Of a DNA stretch of 64,000 nucleotides, positions 54,440 through 64,000 are shown in pieces. The notes below the pieces were generated by a model. That model searched no databases. It was not told the DNA's origin and was given only the letters and a program-made list of their open reading frames with translations. A program made the translations under genes and the position numbers. How positions within the stretch are numbered: position 1 is the stretch's first letter; each line of letters opens with the position of its first letter. The stretch spans positions 124,001-188,000 of the forward strand of contig CT868163.1 of NCBI GenBank assembly GCA_000165425.1, written 5' to 3'. This stretch comes from Paramecium tetraurelia (taxonomy: Eukaryota).

Positions 54440-55170
54440 TTGTTTAAAAAAGAAGAATAAATTCTTATGATATTTCCTAATTCTGTTTTAGATACTAATT
54501 GATAATGAATGAAATCATTATAAGTTTATTTTTCGTTCAAAAGTTTCAGTTCTTTTAATTTTTCATTACCCAATCCAAAAGCAGATTTCTTGTAGTAATA
54601 ACTTCTAAATATAATAAATTATAACATGTGCCATTAAACGACCTAATGAAAGCTAACTATTTAAGAAATCAAATAATAGGAAATTATTTCTGTATTATAA
54701 AAATACTGAAATTGAATTTTAGGAAATTTCATCATGACATAATTTTTAAATGTCTGAATGGATAAGTACAATGTTCCAACATTTGCATCTTACAATACAG
54801 TTGCTAAATAAAATATATAATTTTCGACTAAATTTATTTTTTGCTTTTTTTATAAACCAAAGTAGCTTAACATAATTGTGATTTTTAATATTAATCGTTT
54901 GAAATGAAGTTGACTGTTATTATTAAACATAAAACTAACCTCGATGATTAGTACTTTGCAGGCTTAACAAAAATTAAGTTTAACTTAATAACAAATAAAA
55001 CTTTGACAAAACATCTTACTTCAGTAGAATGAGGGAGTAATTTAATGATTCAGAGTTAAATATTTTTCATTTTAGATCTGTTGGTAATTTGTAAGATTCC
55101 ATTCGTCAATCACGTTAACGAGTTTTGGAAGCAGTTGAATAAGATTAATAAATTAAGTTATTGTATGCAA
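54440..55170 (-). pseudogene. Possible decayed gene remnant
   Basis: Protein-like minus-strand fragments (IQLLPKLVNVIDEWNLTNYQQ; YYYKKSAFGLGNEKLKELKLL) and an intron-like gttataatttattatatttag, interrupted by TGA. Confidence 0.25.
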
Positions 55171-55231
55171 TTTAAAAACTCAACAGTATATTAGTATATA
55201 TGATCTTATTTTAAAATAATTAAGGAAATAT

Positions 55232-58200
55232 ATGCAATAAAAGCAGAAATTAATTGATATTTGTATAGGAGATAATTTTAAAAATAATTATCATAATTTT
55301 TCTTTCATTTATTTAGTTCCTCAATGCCTAATATTAGTCATTTAATGTCCAAAATATTGGCAAAGTACATGGAATATGATGATTCTGCCCTAGCATTACC
55401 TGAAAACTTAGTTAACTTACTACTTATTCATGCTTCCCTATTGAATATTTCTTACATTTACTATGAGAATTCATCTTCATGGCTTTATACTTTGGTGCTA
55501 TTTGCTAGACCGTCAGTTAGCATATAATTTTCATATTTTTATATTTTTGGAATATGCTACTTGCTGTTACAACTATTATGTATCATAAAGACTAAACTAC
55601 CGGGTAAGAATATAGTGAGTCTAATAAATTGTTTGATGAAGGTAGGATTACTGAATTTTGTGATTGAATAATATTCAGACATTTTAGGGTATATAATAGG
55701 AGGCCTTATATTAGTGATATAAATGTTTGAGATCTTGTTTATATAAGGAACATTAGATATAAATACAAAGAATTTCTAGCGAACTTAGATTACATTTTTC
55801 ACCATACTCACTTTGGTGATTAATATAATGCTAATGATATTTTATAAATTAAATTTCCAGCTTAAACACATACAAATTATTGCAATTGTAAATTCAGCAA
55901 TACAAGCTTTGGATTTAATCCTACTAAAAAACTAAAGAAGTCCATTAATTCGAATAATGATGATTTCAATTTAATTGGTGACAATGTATGTTGGAATAAT
56001 GCAATTTATCCAATTTTAAAATTCATTTACTCTTGTTGTGGTTCCTTTCTTTTTTAAAATCATATCATTTATAAAATTGCCAGATTTAATCTACACCAAG
56101 GATCCTATAATTAATGCCTCAATTTTGATGTAAGAGAAGAAGTTTTACGAAAGTTTCTTAATACTAAATAAACTAAAAGATCAAAATTTTATCAGATAAA
56201 TTAAAAGAAACCAACTCTTGAAAAAATGCATTCATTAAATAAATTAGGACTTCCAATAAAAAGTGAAAACTCAATAATTGTTGGGAGTAGCCTCGAGATT
56301 AATCTAAAATGATATTAAGAATATAAAAATTTCTAATAATTTAGTTAAAATTATCCAATGGAAAATTAAATTATTATAAAATTGGAAAACTAATGAATTT
56401 AATGAGATTTACAAATTTGTTAATAGAATGTTAAAAATTAAACGATAAATAGATGATTATTATTAAGCAGAACCTAATGCTATGATATAAGCATTAGTTT
56501 GTTTTTTCTATGCAGAGATTTTAAACGATTTGTTAGAAGCAAATGAAATGATTATTCATGCTAAAAAGTCAGCAGACTTATATTTATCAGATTATACAAC
56601 CAATAAAAACATGTTCTACCTTACTACAAAATATGAGAATGGATAATTGCAAATGAATAAGATATCTAGTAATGCTCCTTCATTTATTTGTAATAAAAAA
56701 TTATAGGATTTAATTCCTATAGGAGTTCGTGAATGGCATAATAAACTAGTAGATGAATTCATAATAACTGGCAAATCTAAATTCGTGAGATCATTAAATC
56801 AAAATTATGTGACTCATGGATCAACAATTGAAACAGTTGATTTTGCCATTGATTTAGCATATTCTGATTAAGTTAATTTCATTTGTCTGATCTCTCCAAC
56901 GTTAGTTAAAAATGCTACTTTGATAGTCGATGAGAAATATAATATTGCCTGTTATACAAATCAAATAAAAGACATTAAATACTATAAAGCCCTGTTTCCA
57001 AGAGGATCATCAATTCTTAATATATTTCCTGAACTTTAAGGAGTAACTCAAAGTTGCTTCCTAGAAAATATTCTCATTAATACACAAAAACTTATATATC
57101 AAAATGATGAATCAGATGAAGTTCATTATTATTGTAACTTAGAAATAATTGTTAAACAATATTAAAATTCAATGATCTACATGATTGTAAAACTAGAAAA
57201 CATACAGATAATATATTCAAACAATGGTAACTCTACTAAAAAAGAAACATAAACAAATCAATCTTCCTCTGTAAATGGATTGAGTGTAGCTGAAGAAAGA
57301 CTTAATCTAATCAAATAAACCTCTAGAGAAGATACTCACACACAAAATTAAAATTAAGAGATAAGAGGTCTAAATGATGTTAAAAGTTTAAAAGAAGTGA
57401 AAAGTCAAAATAAAAAAAAAACTGTAAATGAAATAAAAAGTCTAAACGAGGAGGCAATTAAAAGTGCTCTAAATATTGACATGTTATAACCATAAGTCTT
57501 TACATCCAGAGGAGATCCAGAGCAACATCTTTTAGTAGAAAAAATAAAGACTGAAAGCAAAAAACAATCAATTAAATCTTTAACCTAAGGTGGAGAAGGA
57601 AAAGTCCAATTAGTTGACTAATAGGAGGTTAAAAAGGAAGAACTATTTGACAGAGAAGATTAATCTTAAGTATCTTCTATTAGAATGCTGAGAAATTCTA
57701 AATTTTATAGAAAATATGACTTATACAATAAATTTAATAAGCACATGCCTTTGAAACGATAACATCAAATGCTTGTCATTCTCTTTGTATTATGTATAGT
57801 TATTTAGGGATTATTCATTGTCATTGTAATATTTTTTGTTATTTTTAGCAATTAACCAGTTTGAATCTAGTAGCCTTTGCTGTTGATATTAATTTATTAG
57901 AAATCAAAAATCTATTCTTTTAACCTTTGGATATGTTTTTAGTGACAAGATGGAATTTATGGACGTACAATTTTTAAAGAACTAATGGTATCATAAGTCA
58001 AGAAGAGTATAATTCAGTATCAAAATTTGCTACTTCCAATTTAGGTCTTGGATTCGATTCTCTGAATTCAAACTTAAAATTAGTACTCAATCGTTAAGAA
58101 CTTCAAGGTTTATTACAAACTAAATATATTGAAGCTTTTTCTTATCTTGATACTTATAAATCAGAATAATATAATATGACACTCAGAACAGCAATATCTG

Positions 58201-59546
58201 TTTTGTTGAATTTCTAATACATTTTAAAAATGAATTACATATATGAAAAAACGGTTAAAGCTGATAGTCCTTAAATATTTTATAGTTTTAAAAATTATCC
58301 TATAATGAGAGATATAATGACATAATTGAATTCAGACATCATGGTATAGACTATTTCAAGAGGTAAAAATTTTGAAAATGAAATGGAAACTCTGTTCTTA
58401 TTTCAGTAGATCTTTTTGATTCTGATGGTAATATTAATTATTTATGCGAAAATCTACATAAATAAAAAGCTTATTCTTTTCTTACATCTGAGTTAATATT
58501 CTGATAATGATGCAATATAGTAGGAGATTTAAAAGTTTAAATAATTGCTTGATAAAATACAATCTGATAATTCCTATAAGTTCAATTACTCTCTAAAGAT
58601 AGCAGAAAAGGAGTTTTAATTTTTTGAGTAAAAAGTAGAGAAGGAAACTAGAAATACAAAAAATTTAAGAAAGAAAAGAATTCCCCCTTATAGATTTATA
58701 TTAGTTCTGATTGTGTTTTATTCAATAATTACTCTTAATAGTATAATAAATTATTTGGAATTTTAAAAATATTTGAAAAAGTATCCTGAAACTGCTTATT
58801 ATAAGAAATAATTGGCTGATCTTGGTGGAGATATACCATTGATGTTTGCTTAGAGGGAAGTTCTATATGGAAGAAAGAATTACATGTATTTGGATGATGC
58901 TTATTTCGATAGAATGTGGTACTATATTATGGAGTCACTTAATAATACTAAATTATTCACTTCCTAAGATCCAGATTTTGATAAGTATTTGATATAATAT
59001 ATTTAAGGATGCTCGTCACAAGTAACTTCAATGATTTTTATGCTGAAATCTAGTTAAGTGATTTGTGCCAATATTTACCAGGTGATATCAAAGTTAGAGG
59101 AGCTGAATTATGTCCTACCATAATGAATTAGAATATGAGACATGGCTTAAAAGCAATGTTGATATATATCCAAAACTTGATTGAAACTGATGTAGCCATA
59201 AATAACTTTACTTACAGAGCTGTACCCACTTCGAATGAATTAGAAGGAGCATTTATGATATCTGAAGTGATTAATGTAATGAATTCTTATTTTTACAACG
59301 ATCTAATTGATGTAACAGCCACATTGGTGGATCAATAAGAAGTAAGTAATTCTATTAAATTAGGTTTTTAATATTTGTTACTTAGTTTTACTTTTTCTGG
59401 TCTTATTGATAATTATAACTGAAGTGAAAAATAAAATATATGAAAACAGCAAGATCATAATTCATTTTGTGTATATAATACCTTCGCAAACATTATTCAC
59501 AGATGATACATTTGAAAGAACACTAAGAACTTTGATCAATATTTGA
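55232..59546 (+). CDS. Second TmcB/'PAS S-box'-like multi-pass membrane protein
   Basis: N-terminal TMs; degenerate PAS LQDFNPIGVREWHNKLVDEFIITGKSKF; QSQVSSIR linker; C-terminal TMs ending FVYIIPSQTLFTDDTFERTLRTLINI*; 5' exon structure ambiguous. Confidence 0.78.
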
Positions 59547-59651
59547 TAATATTTCTATCAAAAATTTATTGTAACTTTTAAACAAATTAAAGAATAAAAG
59601 TATATTCTATTATAACATTTAATATGATATTATTGGTAGTGTTACATATTA

Positions 59652-61084
59652 TCAATATTCTTAATCTGGTGGTTATAATTCATATTTCTAGAAACCAGGA
59701 AACAATAAATCATCTAAATCATCATCTAATTAATTAATTGGTTATTCCTATTTTCTTTTTTATGCAACAGGTGGCTGTACTACATAAGGTTGAGGTTATT
59801 TAACTTAAGTAGTAGTAGTTAATAACGGTTACGATTTACGATCAGTAGAGAGTTTTTGAGCTTATAATTATTGATTTTACAAGTCTTTTGTTCTCTAATG
59901 CAATTCTTGAATGTAATCTTTTTATCTTGTTTTATTTCTGTCACTCATAATATCAATATTTTAATCTTGCTCAGATTTCTTCTTTTCATCTAAAAAGAAT
60001 TCTTTCTTAAACTCATTGAAATTTATTCGACTGCAATGAACTCTAAAAATATTTCAATTATTACTTTGACATTCTATCTAAACACCCTTTTAAATCATAT
60101 TGTTCAAATTGACCTCCTAATTCATTCATGTAAATTACTAAATCTTGGATAGTAATATATCCCTTCATTCCAATATCTAACTATTTGAATAGGGCTAGTA
60201 GGATGTCTTTGGTTCCAATAACTTCTTTTATGAAATTGAGGTTTCTCTCTAATTGCAATTGTAGATGCATGATTTCAGAAATCAATTCTCTTTGAGCCAC
60301 TGAAAGAAACTAAGGAATGTTCTATTTTAATGGATGATGCATATAATGCATGGCTCCGAATTGCATAAATTGTTATGAATCATCTGGACCTAAGAGCATA
60401 TACTTGAATTCAACTGAAGAGATTTGATTGTCATCATTCCCTCCATAACGTAGGAACATCTAACTCAATTCAATAGAATTTAGAATGATGTCCAATTTTT
60501 ACAACCCTAACTGAAACTCATTATAGTCAATTGTTCCATTCTTTTTCGAATCAAAGAAATCAAAAAGCAATTTGACATTGAATCTCTAATCTTATTTCAA
60601 CATCCTCTGCAATTTCCACACTTTCTTATCAATAATAGAGCATTCAGCCAAATATTTTGCAAAAGCCACTTCTTCAAAATTTTAAGTAGATCTTGGCAAA
60701 TTTCTAATGAACTATAGTACATATTCCTCATATCCATCATCATACCCTTGAATATTTGAGTTAAAACATACTTTCATGAGGCATGAATGGAATATTGCTG
60801 GGATCGTTAGGATCAAAATATGTTTGTGGTTACCCCGTTTTGACTGGATAGGGAGACTATTCGTAATATGCTATTATTTAATTAATAAGGATACTATAAT
60901 TCAGAGGTCGTACATCATTCAAATATGTCCGATTATGTAGTTGACTTTGATAAGGATCATAATATTAGTAGTCTGGGTAATCATCTTGAGTTTCTGTCAG
61001 AAATCCACTGTTTCTGTAAGTTTTTTCATTATACTAGCCGTGAGTGTATGGCTGTTAATATGGGTCAGGATTATGATAATACAT
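59652..61084 (-). CDS. EF-hand calcium-binding protein with Y/P/Q-rich N-terminus
   Basis: MYYHNPDPYQQPY...; FNVKLLFDFFDSKKNGTIDYNEFQLGL; LFKQLDIGMKGYITIQDL. Confidence 0.8.
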
Positions 61085-61088
61085 TTAT

Positions 61089-62220
61089 ATGAATAATTAT
61101 AAATTATAAAAAGTCTTATTCAAAAAAGTGAATAAAGGTGTAATAGTGGAAGAACATCTCCTTGTTAGATCGTTGCTAGATAAACAATGTTATGTCTTAA
61201 AAAGAACAGATATTAGCAAAATTAATGGGGAAAGATTAAAGGAAATCGAAAATCATCTCAAACTATTGATTAATATCAAACACCCAAGTTTAACTAAAAT
61301 TAAGGAATACTTCATTGAATCTTAATATCTTGTCTAAGTCTTAGAATATTGTGGAGGTAGTGAATCTTAATAATTTAGAATAAATTTTAAATGAAAGACT
61401 AAACAAGTAAGTTTCTGTTAATTTAGTATGCTAATATTTACTTTAGTTGTTATTCGCATTAAATTACTTAGAAATGCAACAGATTAATGTCTCATTAGAT
61501 TTAGACACAATCTTTTTGAATTCATTTGGATCACTCAGAATATAATTCGATTTATTATCCCACAAAAATTGGAAAGAAGAAGTCAAATATCTATAGCAAG
61601 TCTTAAAAAAAACTAATTTGGACTGGGAATCATAAAAATCACATGAATTATCTTAAATCCTTAAATCACTAATGTAACCAAATCCACCAAGTGTTTAGTA
61701 AATGATTAATCATCCTTATTTACTCAAAGCAATGTTTGATTTTTGCAAACAATAAGATCTAGAAGCTTAAGCTTAATTGAATTAAGAAAAATTAATTAAA
61801 GAACAAACCAACAATAAAAGAGTTGTGAGAGCATCCACTTCTGCAAATTAAAATAGATAAAAAATATCGTAATAGTCTCCTGTTTAAAGGAAGAATTCAA
61901 AGGATAGACCTTAAACCAATTAATAGCACAAAAAGAAACCTGAACAATAACAGATTAAACAATAGCCAATTAAAAATTAAATACCTCCAAGACCTGTAAG
62001 ATAAAGGAATAACTCCTAAGATGCTGTCGCTAGTGAATCCATCTTAAATCAAGATTTATTGATGACTAAAGGCAAAGAAGAATTACAAGAATTATTACAA
62101 CTCTATAAAGACTAGCTTAAAGAAAGTAGTAAATAGTATAATCCTTGGTTAAATATGTCTGAGATTAAAGAAATAACTGAATATGATTCAACTACCAATC
62201 TCAATCAATAATAATCATGA
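61089..62220 (+). CDS. NEK-derived pseudokinase with Q-rich tail
   Basis: MNNYKLQKVL, LVRSLLDKQCYVLKR, IKHPSLTKIKEYF, VLEYCG; no GxGxxG, HRD or DFG. Confidence 0.75.
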
Positions 62221-62624
62221 AATTTATATAATAAAACAACATCAACCATTATTATGAATTATTATAAAATGTTCTCGTATAGATATATGAATTAAATGAA
62301 ACAAATTATTAGTTAAGATAGCTATTTCTATTTTTTATATGAATAGTTTAGATCATTTATGAATACTCATTTAATCGATTTATAAAGTAACAGCAAAACT
62401 AAAATGATATCAGTTGAGATGATATTAAATATTCTATTTAGCTTCTATAGAATTTTAGCGATTTATTATTATATATTTTAAGATCTTATTATATATATAA
62501 TAAATGCTTAATTATAAAATGAAGGATGATGAATAGTTTTATTTATTAATTCGTCTTTAACATAATTGGAATTGATTAAAATTAATAACTAAAGAAGTCA
62601 TATAAAAAAGAGTTCAATAGTCAA

Positions 62625-62925
62625 TCAATCATGATGATGATGATTATTCTGTTAGTGTTATATAATGCCCTTTTGCATGACTGGTTATCTTTGTGGAGAG
62701 AATAGTGATAGTAATGCATATGTAGTAAATAGTAGAAACATTACGAATGCTAGCCCTTATGTTGGTGACGTGTTGGATGATGTAGTGTTATGATTTGCTA
62801 TTGGAATAATCTAAAAATAAAATACCAATGCTGCCATTTTCATTTAACTATCCATTCATATTGGCTATTGATAGAAATATTCGATTTGCATGATTAATAA
62901 TTGATTCGCATAAATCGTTGTTCAT
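62625..62925 (-). CDS. Small single-pass membrane protein, SMIM14 (DUF2615)-like
   Basis: MNNDLCESIINHANRIFLSI...|ANHNTTSSNTSPTQGLAFVMFLLFTTYALLSLFSPQR...HHHD*, with a 28-nt GTA...TAG intron. Confidence 0.6.
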
Positions 62926-63082
62926 TTCAAAAATAATAATTAATAAAATTCCAGAAATCGAAATAATTTTTATAGTATAAAATGCGTAATTAAATTTATT
63001 AAATTATATCGTTTTTAACTTAAATATCAAGCATTTGTAATAATATTGTTTAATATCAAATACACACTCAATATAAGTAACA

Positions 63083-63554
63083 TCACAGAGAAACATAATT
63101 TTTTCTAGAAATCGATTTAATCTTTTTTTTCTAAAATGGGTTGATTTATTAATCTAGTCTATTGAGGAGATTATTAATCTGACTTCTCATCTTGAATGAC
63201 AACAACCTAATCTTTCTTCAAGTGTTTATGTAGGATTTGGGTGAGTTTAGCTGAATAGTTGCCATCTATTATTAATGATATTCATATACCTGTTTCTATT
63301 TATTATGCTGCTTGTATTAGTGTTTGCAATTTTACGAATATACTCTCGTCGTCCTCTTTAGATAAGCATATAAACTTTAGGTCTTTGTCGTTTATGGCAT
63401 ATAAATAAATGTCATCTTTCAGAATTTTTTGATTTTCTTACCCGTTCTTAACATCAGGAATTCTTTTCTTAATGATATTACTATAGTCCTCTTCGGAATC
63501 AGAGAATTCTGCTAAAATGAGTGATCCTCTTACAATTATTGTATGTAATATCAT
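63083..63554 (-). CDS. Stand-alone longin-domain protein (VAMP7-like N-terminus, no SNARE motif or TM)
   Basis: MILHTIIVRGSLILAEFS...IKKRIP...LKFICLS; one intron; stop after DFQKNYVSL. Confidence 0.7.
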
Positions 63555-63573
63555 TAATTTAATAAAATCTTAA

Positions 63574-64000
63574 ATGGAAGAGAAAGTGTATATATCAGAA
63601 GAAGGAATGAGACAATTATTGTAGGAATTTGATGCCAAAGACCCATTAAAAAATGTCTTATGGTCTACTAATTATAAAATGGAGTTGCCTATAAGAGTTA
63701 AAAAATCGGGTCCAGGAAGTGAAATACCAATTACTCTTCCAGAATAATTTAAAAATGACTGCACTTAATTTGCAAAGAAGCCAGCCTTGAGTGTTAAGAG
63801 AAATAATAAATGGTAAAGAAAGCGTAGAACTAAATAGGATTACTAGAACATATGAAGAATATTATAATGAATCAATGCAATTTGCAAAGGCCTTTAATTG
63901 CTTATGGAATAACAGAAATGAGTGCAGTAAACATAATAGGTTTTAATGCTCCTGAGTGGCACATATCTTTTATGGGAAGCATTCATGCTCACAATTTACC
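63574..64000 (+). CDS. Long-chain acyl-CoA synthetase, bubblegum-like (5' part; apparent +1 frameshift)
   Basis: LWSTNYKMELPIR, PALSVKRNNKW|ITRTYEEYY...FAKA, then in the +1 frame LIAYGI...VNIIGFNAPEWHISFMGSI; runs off the window. Confidence 0.85.

Noticed and set aside
6006..63554. Apparent cluster of membrane-trafficking genes (RER1, p24, HOOK, PX-PX, alpha-SNAP, longin)
   Set aside because: They are interspersed with unrelated genes on both strands; no evidence of enrichment beyond chance without a genome-wide test.
1..64000. IESs, transposons, telomeric repeats, tRNA/rRNA, CRISPR
   Set aside because: The gene interruptions I traced are explained by GT-AG introns; I saw no TA-bounded insertions breaking frames, transposase motifs, C4A2/C3A3 arrays or GC-rich structured RNA.

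Overview
AT-rich ciliate DNA, most likely Paramecium (aurelia complex, macronuclear-type). Genes read only with genetic code 6 (TAA/TAG = Gln, TGA = sole stop) and carry many ~20-29 nt GT...AG introns, so the supplied standard-code ORF track is almost all fragments or antisense artefacts. Manual translation gives about 36 densely packed protein-coding genes. Recognisable ones include RER1, a PTEN-like phosphatase-C2 protein, p24/GOLD, a GRAM-VASt sterol-transfer protein, MORN-repeat, HOOK, GSK3-like and ULK-like kinases, eIF5A, alpha-SNAP, a permuted papain-like amidase, CEPT/EPT, ANP32-like, two TmcB-like PAS membrane proteins and an ACSBG-like ligase. I saw no tRNA, rRNA, transposon, CRISPR or telomeric repeats. 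The most notable observations are divergent start codons only 4, 10, 19 and 41 bp apart; an F-BAR-like/GRAM/40xGln/VASt/TM architecture; several pseudo-enzymes; unusual introns; and a +1 frameshift in the ACSBG gene. All family calls come from motif recognition by eye; no searches were run. Gene coordinates span start to stop including introns, and not every internal exon was traced.
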